Shown here: in pieces, positions 41,580-52,202 of the stretch
Numbering within the stretch: position 1 is the stretch's first letter
Layout of the letters: each line of letters starts with the position of its first letter
Assembly (NCBI GenBank): GCA_017857855.1
Contig: JAFMCI010000004.1
Span: forward strand, 1,665 to 65,664
Reading direction: 5' to 3'
DNA: 64,000 nt
DNA from: Bacteroidia bacterium
Lineage (GTDB): Bacteria > Bacteroidota > Bacteroidia > NS11-12g > UBA9320
Notes under the pieces: model-generated
The model's input: only the letters and a program-made list of their open reading frames with translations
What the model was told of the DNA's origin: nothing
Databases searched by the model: none
Position numbers and translations under genes: made by a program

Positions 41580-43466
41580 ATGAACTACTTAAACGGCGAA
41601 AACCTGAGCAAAGATCTTGGCGAGCGCATACTCTTCAAAGACCTAGATATCAGTATTAATAAAGGTGATAAAATAGCGCTAGTTGCCAATAACGGCACAG
41701 GTAAAAGTTCGTTACTGAAAATATTGGCTCACGCTGAGCAACCCGATAATGGAATAGTACGGTTGCGAAAAGGACTGCGGTCTGCCTACTTACCTCAAGA
41801 ACCTGTTTTTGACGAAGGAACAATTCAAAATCTCATAGACCATAGCAGTTCGCATATAATGGCAACCATACGGGCTTATGAGGCTTCTCTAGAAGCACAA
41901 ACAGAAGATTACAATACAGACACCCAAAGAGCCTTTGAGCACGCTTCTGCGGCTATGGATGAGGCCGATGCGTGGGATTTTGAGCGGAAACTAAAAGAAC
42001 TGCTTACCCGCTTTACTATTACCAACTATGACCAGCAGATAAGTTCGCTAAGCGGCGGACAAAAAAAACGACTCGCTATCAGTTTGGCCATACTCCAAAA
42101 TCCCGATTTACTGCTACTTGATGAGCCTACGAATCACCTAGACTTGGACATGATAGAATGGCTAGAGAAATACTTGAGTAATTCTAACATGAGTATCTTA
42201 ATGGTAAGTCACGACCGTTATTTTCTAGACTCCGTATGCAACCAAATCGTAGAAATGGTAGACGGAAGATTGCAATATTATACAGGCAACTACGCTTATT
42301 ATTTAGAGAAAAAAGCCGAAATGGAAGCTGCAAATGCTTCTGAAATAGGAAAGGCTCAACAGCTCATGAACAAAGAGTTGGAATGGATGCGCAGAAGCCC
42401 AAAGGCGCGAACTACTAAATCTAAATCGCGAATTTCGGCTTATTACGAAACCGAAGCAAAAGCCAAAAGCGGCAAAAAGACACAAGACCTCGAACTGGCC
42501 GTAAAAATGACGCGCATTGGCGGCAAAATACTCGAACTCAAAAAAGTATATAAAAGCTATGGCGACAATGTCATTTTAAAAGGACTTGACTACACCTTTA
42601 AAAAAGGAGAACGCATAGGCATAGTAGGCAAAAATGGCTGTGGTAAGTCCACTTTCCTTAATATGGTAATGGACCTAGAACAACCAGATAGTGGGAAGAT
42701 AAACAGAGGCGATACCATTGTGTTTGGCTACTACAGCCAAGATGGGATGAAGCACCTTAAACCTGAAAAAAGGGTTATAGACGTGCTCAAAGATGTAGCC
42801 GAGGTGATCACACTGGCAGACGGCGCTACCGTTACTGCAAGCCAAATGTTAAACCTATTCCTTTTTCCACCGCAAATGCAACATCAGTTCGTAGAGAAAC
42901 TGAGTGGTGGAGAGAAGAGACGTTTGTATTTACTCACTGTGCTTATGCTAAATCCAAATTTTCTTATTTTGGATGAGCCTACCAATGATTTAGACATTGT
43001 GACACTCAATAAGTTAGAGGATTTTCTAGCTGATTTTGGTGGTTGTATTTTACTGGTAAGTCACGACAGGTATTTCTTAGATCGTATTGTGGAGCACATC
43101 TTTGTTTTTGAGGGACAAGGAGAAATAAAAGATTATAACGGCAGCTACACCGAGTACAGATTAGAACAAGAAGAACAAGCCAAGCAAGATAAGAAAGACG
43201 CTAAAGCGGCACCCTTAGTTTTAGAAAAAGCCAAGACTGAAGCGCCTAAGCTTAAACTTAGTTTTAAAGAAAAATACGAATTGGAAACCTTGGAAAAAGA
43301 ATTGGAAGATTTAGAAACCGAGAAAGAGCAATTAGAATCTCGGCTAGCAAATAATCCTTCAGATTTTGACATCATTGCTAAAGCAAGCGAACGATTGGGA
43401 ACAATACTCCAAGAAATCACCATTAAATCTGACCGGTGGCTGATTTTAAGTGAATACGAAAGCTAG
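41580..43466 (+). CDS. ABC-F family ATPase (Uup-like, with a C-terminal coiled coil)
   Basis: Two nucleotide-binding domains (Walker A NNGTGKSS and GKNGCGKST, signatures LSGGQKKRL and LSGGEKRRL), no TM domain and a Lys/Glu-rich coiled-coil tail. Confidence 0.9.
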   Translation: MNYLNGENLSKDLGERILFKDLDISINKGDKIALVANNGTGKSSLLKILAHAEQPDNGIVRLRKGLRSAYLPQEPVFDEGTIQNLIDHSSSHIMATIRAYEASLEAQTEDYNTDTQRAFEHASAAMDEADAWDFERKLKELLTRFTITNYDQQISSLSGGQKKRLAISLAILQNPDLLLLDEPTNHLDLDMIEWLEKYLSNSNMSILMVSHDRYFLDSVCNQIVEMVDGRLQYYTGNYAYYLEKKAEMEAANASEIGKAQQLMNKELEWMRRSPKARTTKSKSRISAYYETEAKAKSGKKTQDLELAVKMTRIGGKILELKKVYKSYGDNVILKGLDYTFKKGERIGIVGKNGCGKSTFLNMVMDLEQPDSGKINRGDTIVFGYYSQDGMKHLKPEKRVIDVLKDVAEVITLADGATVTASQMLNLFLFPPQMQHQFVEKLSGGEKRRLYLLTVLMLNPNFLILDEPTNDLDIVTLNKLEDFLADFGGCILLVSHDRYFLDRIVEHIFVFEGQGEIKDYNGSYTEYRLEQEEQAKQDKKDAKAAPLVLEKAKTEAPKLKLSFKEKYELETLEKELEDLETEKEQLESRLANNPSDFDIIAKASERLGTILQEITIKSDRWLILSEYES

Positions 43467-43582
43467 CCATTAAATAATCATTCAATTAGCAAAGTAACTT
43501 CTTGCTCCTTGAAACTTAGTCCTTTCTAAGCTTACGTCTTTTTCTGATATACTTGATGACAAGTAATACGATAAGTGGCATT

Positions 43583-46396
43583 TTATAATTTAAAGCTAAC
43601 GCCGAATAGTATTTGTCTAGGAGCGGTATAACGAGCAGGATTGTTAGGAGGTGTTCCGCTTTCCTCTGGTCCAAGGTAGCGATCATCCCGCTGGTTATTG
43701 GGCAAATCGTCTCCTGGTTCCCAAGCTCTGCCTGTCACGGGATTAATAACCTGCGCATTCTTATAGTTAAATAAATTTCTTGCTTCCACACTCAGTGTAA
43801 CTCCTTTACCCTTTCCTTGTGCAAATGTCTTTGTGAGTTTAATATCACTGTTTACCCATGGCGTAGCTCGTTCAGCTAAATAATTATTCAGATCTGAAAC
43901 ATACAGTGGTCTACCTAAATCATTATATCCTTCTAAAAGCATTGGCGTATATCTAAATCCACTCTGGTACGATGAGCTAAAGTAGATTTGCGTTCCTTTC
44001 ATCCATTTTCGATAGATGCTTAAATTAGTATCTGGTGCAAAGACCACCCCAAGATTAATATTCCATGGTCTATCCCAAGCCAAGTACTGCTCTGTGCTTA
44101 GCGGTACTTCCCCATTTTGCTCTATTTGCAAACTACTTTCTCTCGCACTGTTACTTTTACCTTTGGCGAGCTGGTAGGCTACGTTGGTAAATGTTCGCAA
44201 GTACGATGTCATTCGCCAGATAACATTAGCCTCTGCGCCTTGCACTTTCGCATAATCCTGGTTAATGTACATGGTCTTGCTTACAGGTCTTCCCGTTTGA
44301 TCCGTTACAATAACCTTGCGGCTTACGATGTAGTCAAAACGATTGTTATTATAGGCCGCCAATGTTAGGCCTAAATTTTTCTTAATCTGAGATTTAAACC
44401 CTATTTCGTATGCTACATTTACCTCTGGATTTAAGTCTGGATTACCCAAAAACGAAAGAAAACTTCTATCCTGATACTCTGGATCTAAGCCTGCATATAC
44501 AAAACGAGGATGCGGTAAACGCATACTATGACTATAATTAAAGTACAGTACGTTATTATTGGTTACCGGAAACGACACATTTATTTTAGGCAATATTCTA
44601 GCCTTATAACGAAGTCCAAATACCTTCACTGTATGGCTTTTGTAGTCTTCTCTTACTTGATTGATAACAGGTGCAGTTGGATTATTAACCGCATCATCCG
44701 CAAACTTACCCGGCGCCCAATAATTGAAACGCGCTCCTAAATTGGCGATTATCCCTTTGTATAGTATTTTATCACTAAAAAATAGACCTCCATTATTTGG
44801 TTTTACACGCCAAATGTCATTGCTAGAACCAATGCTAATACTCGGAGTACTTATACTATCATTGATTTGTATGGGTGCGCCAACCCAAGGTCTTGTCACA
44901 TCTACCCACTGATATTCATTGAGCTTATGCTCCCAACCGAAATTCATCTGATGGGTTTTATCCTTTGGATAATATTTAAAACTCGTTTTAATGGTGTGCT
45001 CACTTGCAAAGTGATCGTGCCACGTAGAACTTATACCTCCATTATTTATTAAACCTGGACCCGGCAGTACATATTGAATAAAACCATTAGGGTTAAAAAC
45101 TTGCACTGGATTGGTTACTATGCTTTGCTCGTCATACACTTGGTCTACCGAATTAGTTCTAAAAGGTCTTCCGTTGGCGTCTGCTCTCAAATTGGTAAAA
45201 AGTCGACCCAAGGTAAGTGTTCCCACTAATTTTTCGGTGATGGTACGTCTTATATTTATAGCTGTAAGATTAGAGGAATGGGTGTAGGTAGTAGCGTTAT
45301 CTAAATTTAAACTTCTATCAAACTGATAACCTGGTGCTAAAATCGCATCAAATCCGACAATTTGCAGTGATCGTGTACTTTGATTTACAGTTAAACTGTG
45401 TTGGTTGGTTATCGTGATTTTCGTTTTTTGATTAAGCTCGTGCGAGAGTTTTAAGGTATGGGTAAATTGATTGGATTGTCTTGGTGCCCAAAAACTATCG
45501 TTTTCCGTTAGTAAAGAACTATGCAATTGCTTCGCAGTAGGACCAAAATAATCGTCGGTAAGGTTTAGCGTAACATTGTTAAAGAAATAAAATTTTCTCT
45601 TCTTCACTTTAATTTTCCCGCCGAATGAAAATTCGCCTATATCTGTATTCCAACCCGAATTTGTACTTCCTCCAAGATTATCTCTTTGCCAACTTCCCGC
45701 AACTTGAAATTCATCTGAACCTTCCTTTATAGATGTGCTAATAACACCGGCGGTACCCCCGTCATGCTCAGCTCCTGCGCCGCCTGTAATCAACTCTAAT
45801 TCGCCTATTGAACCACTGGATACTTGTACCCCGAAGCCGGTCCCTGCCAAAGGATCTTGTGCGCTTATGTTATCTATATTAAAAGACGTTTCATACACAC
45901 GAGCTCCTCTAATTTGGATACCATCTGGAGATTTAGATACACCTGCTTGAATTGCAACCACCTCTTGAACGTCTCGCACATTCATCTCCTCGATATCTTT
46001 TTTGTTTAAAGTTATTGTACTTTTAGCATCGTCTAGTTCAACAACTTTTTTTCTGCCTACTATTTTTACTGTTTCGAATGAGTTGGTTTGTGCCGTCATT
46101 TTCACATTGAGTACAGTTGATTTATCCGCCTGAATCTCCATGTCATTATAGATTTTCTGCTGGTAACCCATAAATGATATGTTTATAGTGTACGATCCTG
46201 GTTTTATATTGGGTATTTTAAATGACCCATCTACCTCTGTGATAGCTGCTCCGTAAGTGCCTACTATTCTTACATAAGCTCCTATCAGCTTTTCACCGTT
46301 TTCTTGATCAGTAAGCACCCCTTTAAGAGTGCCGTTTTGAGCAATGCTAAACAATGTACATAATAAGCCTAGAATGCTACCAGTTAAACGCTTCAT
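43583..46396 (-). CDS. TonB-dependent outer-membrane receptor with an N-terminal carboxypeptidase-regulatory-like domain
   Basis: Signal peptide, a CarboxypepD_reg-like beta-sandwich (GTLKGVLTD...VDGSFKIPNIKPGSYTINISFMGYQ), a plug (ITLNKKDIEEM...IRGAR) and a ~700-aa barrel. No SusD-like gene is adjacent. Confidence 0.9.
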   Translation of the reverse strand: MKRLTGSILGLLCTLFSIAQNGTLKGVLTDQENGEKLIGAYVRIVGTYGAAITEVDGSFKIPNIKPGSYTINISFMGYQQKIYNDMEIQADKSTVLNVKMTAQTNSFETVKIVGRKKVVELDDAKSTITLNKKDIEEMNVRDVQEVVAIQAGVSKSPDGIQIRGARVYETSFNIDNISAQDPLAGTGFGVQVSSGSIGELELITGGAGAEHDGGTAGVISTSIKEGSDEFQVAGSWQRDNLGGSTNSGWNTDIGEFSFGGKIKVKKRKFYFFNNVTLNLTDDYFGPTAKQLHSSLLTENDSFWAPRQSNQFTHTLKLSHELNQKTKITITNQHSLTVNQSTRSLQIVGFDAILAPGYQFDRSLNLDNATTYTHSSNLTAINIRRTITEKLVGTLTLGRLFTNLRADANGRPFRTNSVDQVYDEQSIVTNPVQVFNPNGFIQYVLPGPGLINNGGISSTWHDHFASEHTIKTSFKYYPKDKTHQMNFGWEHKLNEYQWVDVTRPWVGAPIQINDSISTPSISIGSSNDIWRVKPNNGGLFFSDKILYKGIIANLGARFNYWAPGKFADDAVNNPTAPVINQVREDYKSHTVKVFGLRYKARILPKINVSFPVTNNNVLYFNYSHSMRLPHPRFVYAGLDPEYQDRSFLSFLGNPDLNPEVNVAYEIGFKSQIKKNLGLTLAAYNNNRFDYIVSRKVIVTDQTGRPVSKTMYINQDYAKVQGAEANVIWRMTSYLRTFTNVAYQLAKGKSNSARESSLQIEQNGEVPLSTEQYLAWDRPWNINLGVVFAPDTNLSIYRKWMKGTQIYFSSSYQSGFRYTPMLLEGYNDLGRPLYVSDLNNYLAERATPWVNSDIKLTKTFAQGKGKGVTLSVEARNLFNYKNAQVINPVTGRAWEPGDDLPNNQRDDRYLGPEESGTPPNNPARYTAPRQILFGVSFKL

Positions 46397-47834
46397 TTAG
46401 TATTTTAGAGATTAATTGATTTTGGTTAATACTATTTTTATTAAGCTTATGTAGTTCAACAGAAAAGAGCACTAAATTCACTTGATTATTATTGTTTCTT
46501 CTTCTAATGGCAATGCACCTTGGACCACTCCAGCCACCGCTAGGTGTAAGTTGAGCATTATAAAACACTTCTGCATTTACTCCTGGGTAAAAAGGATCTG
46601 CAGCGAGTAGGAAATTAGCAGGTTGTACCACAGGATATGCGACATCTTTACTTATCGCAGCACTGTCGTTGGTAAAAAAAGCTTGACCTCTAGCCGAGCT
46701 AAAACTATCAATTGATAGTACATCTCCAATTATGCTTAAATCAGCTCCGTTAGAAAACGAAGTAGAAACCAGTACTTTTTTATTATTGTCAATTAGTTGT
46801 TGAATGACAGGCGCAGCAAAATCTAACAAAGTGCCGTCAAGGCCTGAGAAAGGATTACTTGTGGTGCCTTCTTCGGTATGAAAGAAAATTTTATCGTATT
46901 CCATGGCAAGAAGCCGGAATGTGGGATCCCAAAACTTAGGTTGGTATTTGCCGCCATCACGGGCATAATCTACTACGTCTAGGTCTTGGTAATTAGTTGC
47001 AATTAGAGCATTGTATGTAGCCGATAAACTTTTGTTGTGTCCACCTACGGCAAGCAAATCACTTGTTTTAGCCTTGGTGTAAATATTTATGGTACTATCT
47101 ACTTTACTTTCTGAATTAGCAATGTCGGAAACTTTAAGTTGGATGATATTGTCACCTCCATTTACAAAACCATCTATGGTCAGACTAGCATTTTTTTCAA
47201 TTCCGTAATAGAGTTTCGCTTTGCCTTTGCCTAACGTAGAAGTGTTTTCTGCGATGAGTGAAATTAATTTTTGATTGAGATCAATCTCTGACCATGCTCC
47301 CTCATTGGCGCGTATAAAGCCTTTTTTTAGCGTAGCATCTCCATCTGGATCACTGGCTCGGTAACGAAAAGATATAACAAGATTTGTGGTGTCTTCGGTT
47401 ACACTTGTTTTGTCAAACGACACAATCGGTGGACTATTTTTAAGAGGAACTTTTATGTAAGCAGGTGTTGGATCAGCAACGTTTTCATCATCCACCGCTC
47501 TTACATAAAACTCAATATCTGTTGAGTCTGCGTCTGGATCAATATCAAATAAAAATGTACTATCTTGTATTTGAGTTTTAAACCATTCGCCTTCATTTAT
47601 TTTAATTTCATAATGCCGAACATAACCATCTACGTCCGTACCAAACCACGTAAGGTTAACTGTGCTATTTAGCCGTTTGTCTCCTGAAAGGTTGATATTT
47701 TCTACAGACAATTTAGTTTCGGGTGCCATGTTTGGCAACTCTTCTCCTGTTTTACAGGAAAAAATAAAAACAAGAAGACCGAGCACGAGAGTGCTCAGTC
47801 TTCTTGTTGTATATGATAAGATCGTATTTATCAT
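46377..47834 (-). CDS. Hypothetical lipoprotein of the TBDR operon
   Basis: Lipobox LVFIFSC. Two Ig/FN3-like N-terminal modules (APETKLSVENI...WFGTDVDGYVRHYEIKI..., PPIVSFD...YRASDPDGD) are followed by an alpha/beta-looking C-terminal half. Its stop overlaps the TBDR start by 20 nt. Confidence 0.55.
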   Translation of the reverse strand: MINTILSYTTRRLSTLVLGLLVFIFSCKTGEELPNMAPETKLSVENINLSGDKRLNSTVNLTWFGTDVDGYVRHYEIKINEGEWFKTQIQDSTFLFDIDPDADSTDIEFYVRAVDDENVADPTPAYIKVPLKNSPPIVSFDKTSVTEDTTNLVISFRYRASDPDGDATLKKGFIRANEGAWSEIDLNQKLISLIAENTSTLGKGKAKLYYGIEKNASLTIDGFVNGGDNIIQLKVSDIANSESKVDSTINIYTKAKTSDLLAVGGHNKSLSATYNALIATNYQDLDVVDYARDGGKYQPKFWDPTFRLLAMEYDKIFFHTEEGTTSNPFSGLDGTLLDFAAPVIQQLIDNNKKVLVSTSFSNGADLSIIGDVLSIDSFSSARGQAFFTNDSAAISKDVAYPVVQPANFLLAADPFYPGVNAEVFYNAQLTPSGGWSGPRCIAIRRRNNNNQVNLVLFSVELHKLNKNSINQNQLISKILNEAFNW

Positions 47835-50047
47835 TAAAGTTTCACAAACTTAGCAGAAGCTCTCTGCCCAGTTGCGTTGGTATATTCCAGGAAATAAACA
47901 CCACTTAATAATGAACTTATATTCACAGAGGTGCTTCCAAGTATTTCAGTTTGACTAACTAATCTTCCTTCAAGACTGCGTATTGCAAGTGTGCCGTTAC
48001 CATTGTTTCCTACCTGAATATTTAACACATTATTGGCAGGATTAGGGTAGAAAGAAACACCTAAATTGGTAAGTTCTACCACACTATTTTTAGCGGTATC
48101 GCTCGCATATTTTGCTGATTCTAGTGTTTGGCTAAAACCTATAATATCGTCGTTATTTCTTGGCTTAAGTGCAAACTGGCTGAATCCATAATAAATAACA
48201 CCAACTATAGCGTCCATATCCATGTCTTTGGTAGCTTCCACTGCTGTTACTTCCATGATACCATCTATGTTGGCAAAAGTGTCGTTAGACACTAAAGACA
48301 CCCAAAGCGAAGAATTATTATTGCTATTTTTTACGCCGGTTTGAACCTTGGTACTGTTGGCAAAATTAGCAGCAGTATCATTAGAGATCATGAATTCTCC
48401 AAATGGATTTAAACGTGGGTTAGCTATTTTTACTTTACCTCCTGAATTAACCATTTTTACAAGCATAGATTCGTATTTTTCCATTCCTCCATTTGCTCTG
48501 CCTGCACTATCGCTTACTGGTAATTCTATAGGCGCTACATCAAATGTTTTACCTGTTTTAGATACTGAAGTTACTTCTAGTTGGGTGTTTCCGAAGGATT
48601 CTACCACTTTACCAGTTACTTCTACTTCTTCAGTTCTCCATAAGTCTAACAAGTCAGCGTTGCCTGTTAATTTTATGCCGGCAAACTCTGTTGCGTCTTT
48701 ATCTTGAATGTAAATATCTTCCAGGTCGTAAGGCTTAGCACTTGCGATAACATATCCTTTTACGGTAACTGTTTGATCTTTGTATGGACTCGCATCTTGA
48801 ACAGGGTTTAATACTTTTTGAAGGTCAACAATACTTAAGCCATTGTCTCTCACGGTATAAAAAGAGGTTGAACCCGATGCTTTTGCTGCACTAAAAGGTT
48901 CGTAGCTTTTATTACCATCGTTATCATCAGCAGTAATGTAGTATCTAACTATTGTGCCATCTGTAAAAGCTGGAATATTCGCTTCAAATTCATCAGTTGA
49001 ACCTGACTTTAATGTCATAGAAACTGGAGTGAAAGCGGTATTGTCTTGATTTAAATTTGTTGAATAAAATAATTTTTGGTCTACTACCGTGCCGTTAAAA
49101 TCTACCATTTTGGCTGTAAGCGTTACCACATTACCGCTAGCAGGAACCAATGGACTTCTGCTTACTTGTGTAATGCTTGGAGGTGTGTCTCCTACTTTGT
49201 AATGATCCGCAGAGAATGGATTTAATTCATAACCTCTTCCTGTTCCACCTGAACAACCATTTTGAGAATGAAGCACTATGCCAGTCAAAGACTCGTATTT
49301 AGTACCTACTACTGGTGGTGTAAATTGTCCTTTTGTTTGAGGAGATGAACCATTAAGTGCATTCCAACTTGCTTGTTTTTGAGCAATAAATCTATCAGAA
49401 ACATTTATTAAATTACCGTTTACATCACTCACATCAAAACTAACTCTATTGCCACTGAAAATAGAAACACCAACCACGGTTACGTTTTCTAATGTTACTA
49501 ACGAACCTTCGTACTCTTCCCCCGAAGTGTATACATTACTTCTTGAGTTGTCATTTAGTACACCCAAGTTTATTACTTTAGGAGTAGGAGCAGAGGTTGT
49601 TCCTATAACAGTTACTGACGAATTGTCTTTAGGATAGATTTGTGTTTCACCGCTGAAGTTATTTACTGTTCCCACGATTTCTACAATCATACCTGCTACT
49701 AGATTATTAAGTGCAGTTACCGGCTGAGATAGTTGACCAGAATATACCCCGTGAATTTGAATACCTGCAAAATTGCCCATTACTCCACCCGCAGCGGTAT
49801 CCATAATGTGTACACCAGGTCTGTAACCTCCAGTAACTGAACCTGACGCTAATTCTGTAAGACCTCCGTCATGCATAACTACACCTACAGTCTTTATTTC
49901 TTGACCGTCATACGCACTTAAATCTTTACAACTTGCTAAGTCACTAGGACTTACATACTGTATATCGTGCACCGATACAGTCGTTTGAGCAGACGCAAAA
50001 AGGATACTGAATAATCCCAATGCTAGTGTTAGAACTTGTTTTTTCAT
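47834..50047 (-). CDS. T9SS type A-sorted surface protein with repeated OB-like modules
   Basis: Signal peptide, at least two modules resembling the N-terminal barrel of ExeM/NucH extracellular nucleases, and the C-terminal VSFYPNPANNVLNIQV...LSGVYFLEYTNATGQRASAKFVKL type A CTD. Confidence 0.7.
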   Translation of the reverse strand: MKKQVLTLALGLFSILFASAQTTVSVHDIQYVSPSDLASCKDLSAYDGQEIKTVGVVMHDGGLTELASGSVTGGYRPGVHIMDTAAGGVMGNFAGIQIHGVYSGQLSQPVTALNNLVAGMIVEIVGTVNNFSGETQIYPKDNSSVTVIGTTSAPTPKVINLGVLNDNSRSNVYTSGEEYEGSLVTLENVTVVGVSIFSGNRVSFDVSDVNGNLINVSDRFIAQKQASWNALNGSSPQTKGQFTPPVVGTKYESLTGIVLHSQNGCSGGTGRGYELNPFSADHYKVGDTPPSITQVSRSPLVPASGNVVTLTAKMVDFNGTVVDQKLFYSTNLNQDNTAFTPVSMTLKSGSTDEFEANIPAFTDGTIVRYYITADDNDGNKSYEPFSAAKASGSTSFYTVRDNGLSIVDLQKVLNPVQDASPYKDQTVTVKGYVIASAKPYDLEDIYIQDKDATEFAGIKLTGNADLLDLWRTEEVEVTGKVVESFGNTQLEVTSVSKTGKTFDVAPIELPVSDSAGRANGGMEKYESMLVKMVNSGGKVKIANPRLNPFGEFMISNDTAANFANSTKVQTGVKNSNNNSSLWVSLVSNDTFANIDGIMEVTAVEATKDMDMDAIVGVIYYGFSQFALKPRNNDDIIGFSQTLESAKYASDTAKNSVVELTNLGVSFYPNPANNVLNIQVGNNGNGTLAIRSLEGRLVSQTEILGSTSVNISSLLSGVYFLEYTNATGQRASAKFVKL

Positions 50048-50066
50048 TTTATTCTTTATTTATTCT

Positions 50067-52190
50067 TTATTTTATGACGGCAAATTTGCTTTTGTATAAT
50101 TTGCCAGTATCTAAGTCTTTTACGGTAAAAATATATAACCCCCTGGCTATAATTTGTGTGTTCTCTGTAAGCAAGTCCCATGCATGCTCTCCTCCTGAAA
50201 ATACGTTTTGGTCCGCATTCTCTGCCCCAAATGTTTGATTCCAGCGGATATCACTGCCATCATATTGGGCGTTGTGCGTTATCTGATCTAAGAAATCTCC
50301 TGCTGCTGTGTAAACATATATTTCACAATTAGCGGGTAGGTTAGCAAAGTATAACTTACGACTTTGTTCTTGAAATGAACTTTTCCCTTCCCAACTTGCT
50401 CCTGCGATGTAGGGATTAGGATACGCAAATGGCTCATTGACACTTAAGTTCTCATTTGCGGGCTTCCCTGCATACGCTCTATAATTATTCGCAAGCGGGC
50501 TACTTTCTAGACTCTCTAGGTTACTGGCCGCATTACCTCTGTCAAAAGCAGTTACCGATATAGCATATTGCCAGCCGTTTAACACATTGTTTACGGTGTA
50601 TTTATACCAATATTCGGTATCATCTCCTTCAAACTTAAAAGGTTGATCAAGTCTTACTGCGCCAAAACCTGTCTCATAATTATAACCATTAGCAGCTATA
50701 TCGTATTCCGCTATTTTCACCAAATCGCGTTGCAAATTAGGGACGGCACTTACGTCAAAACCTAATTTAGTCATATAGACTCTGTATCCTTCAAAATCCA
50801 TGGTTTGACTTATAGGGTCAATACTAGACTCTGCGTTTTGCGCCCAATAAATCTCGATTTTATTTTCAGCAGTTACTACTTTAGTTACCGGAATTTCTGG
50901 AGGAGCGGGAAGTATGAAGCGTGTAAGTTTTCCGTCTCCATCTATATCTTCACCAGCATCTAAAAGGCCATTTGCATTAACATCTTCACCATTATATGCA
51001 GTTTGCGCCCAAGAAGCATTGGCTAAGAAAATACTCTGTTGCTCCAAATTATTGGCGCTATTCGCATTACCATCTTGTTTCTTTCTACCAAAAATAAAGG
51101 CATAACTAACCTTTATCTTATCTCCTGGTTTGAAATCTTTAAATGGACCAACGGAAACTAAGTCTGAACGATTACCTGCTTCATTCAACTGCTGCTGATA
51201 GCTTTTAGTTCCGCAACTTGAGTTAGTGGTATTGTTTTCATCCCAACATTGATGTTGGTTTAATCCTCGGGTTAATTTTTGATAGCGCGTGTTGTCGTTG
51301 GTAGGTTGGAAGTATATAGGATCTGTAGTACTATTAAACTGCCAAGCATTGTAATTCGCTTTAAATGAAGACCCATTATTAGGATGGTGAAAGCCATTTT
51401 TATCTTCTGCACCTAAAAATTTTTGCCCCACATAGCTATCTGTAAAACCTACATCCCCCGCATTATCATAGCAGTATGCCATTTGTAAGCTATCAAAATA
51501 ACCATTACCTCCTTTATTATAGAAAGAGGCACCGCCACTTCCCGCAGGAGTAACATTGATATTTCGAACAACGGTATTAGCCCAAAGCCCAAAAAAGGCA
51601 CTGTCGATGGTGTTCGTACCGATATTTTCTAGTTCATAATCTAAAATAACAAAAAAATCACTGAAGCTGTAGTTCCAATTATATGACTTTGCGGTTATTT
51701 GAACAAAAAGAGGGTCGAGGTGAGATCCTATTTGAGTATTCGTACCTGGCACTTTTACATTTTTATCAGAAAATGTGGCTACAAAATCTTGGTGAGAAAC
51801 TGCAGATGTATTGTAATAGGGACTATTTCGAAGCGATGAGATTTCTTTAAGTGTGGCTCCTGGTTCCGGATAAAACTCAAAACCGGCAGAACCCGTGCTA
51901 TATCCTTGGGGGGCATCTACTGCTGCAGTACTCACTGCCACGGTAGATCCATTTATTAATCCGCCAAACCAAATACCACTTTCAAACAGATGTTCTACGC
52001 CGCTTCCTGCGGGATATTCTCCAGAAGGGTTACCCGAACCATCGCGATATCCTCGAAATGCATTGCCAAACGTACCTGAGTTGGACACATTTAGACGTAC
52101 ATTAGAGGCCGTGGTAGTTTTCTCACTAAAGGTTTGCGCAGATACACAAAACGAAAACGAGAGGGAGACTATAAAAGCACTTAACTTCAT
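50067..52190 (-). CDS. Secreted protein with a DxDxDG Ca-binding loop, an FN3-like domain and a C-terminal CTD-like beta-sandwich
   Basis: Signal peptide (FSFCVSAQ), DVNANGLLDAGEDIDGDGKL and an FN3-like stretch (PPEIPVTKVVTAENKIEIYW...FEGYRVYM...WQYAISVTAFDRGN). The last ~110 aa begin AYPNPY and end GLYIFTVKDLDTGKLYKSKFAVIK. Confidence 0.55.
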   Translation of the reverse strand: MKLSAFIVSLSFSFCVSAQTFSEKTTTASNVRLNVSNSGTFGNAFRGYRDGSGNPSGEYPAGSGVEHLFESGIWFGGLINGSTVAVSTAAVDAPQGYSTGSAGFEFYPEPGATLKEISSLRNSPYYNTSAVSHQDFVATFSDKNVKVPGTNTQIGSHLDPLFVQITAKSYNWNYSFSDFFVILDYELENIGTNTIDSAFFGLWANTVVRNINVTPAGSGGASFYNKGGNGYFDSLQMAYCYDNAGDVGFTDSYVGQKFLGAEDKNGFHHPNNGSSFKANYNAWQFNSTTDPIYFQPTNDNTRYQKLTRGLNQHQCWDENNTTNSSCGTKSYQQQLNEAGNRSDLVSVGPFKDFKPGDKIKVSYAFIFGRKKQDGNANSANNLEQQSIFLANASWAQTAYNGEDVNANGLLDAGEDIDGDGKLTRFILPAPPEIPVTKVVTAENKIEIYWAQNAESSIDPISQTMDFEGYRVYMTKLGFDVSAVPNLQRDLVKIAEYDIAANGYNYETGFGAVRLDQPFKFEGDDTEYWYKYTVNNVLNGWQYAISVTAFDRGNAASNLESLESSPLANNYRAYAGKPANENLSVNEPFAYPNPYIAGASWEGKSSFQEQSRKLYFANLPANCEIYVYTAAGDFLDQITHNAQYDGSDIRWNQTFGAENADQNVFSGGEHAWDLLTENTQIIARGLYIFTVKDLDTGKLYKSKFAVIK

Positions 52191-52202
52191 GTATTAAAGT
52201 CG

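Noticed and set aside
43467-43582. Short inverted repeats (CTTAG-n6-CTAAG, AGCAAG-n6-CTTTGCT) between the convergent ABC-F and TBDR genes as terminators
   Set aside because: The stems are 5-6 bp with bulges and lack clear U-tracts, so they are not convincing.
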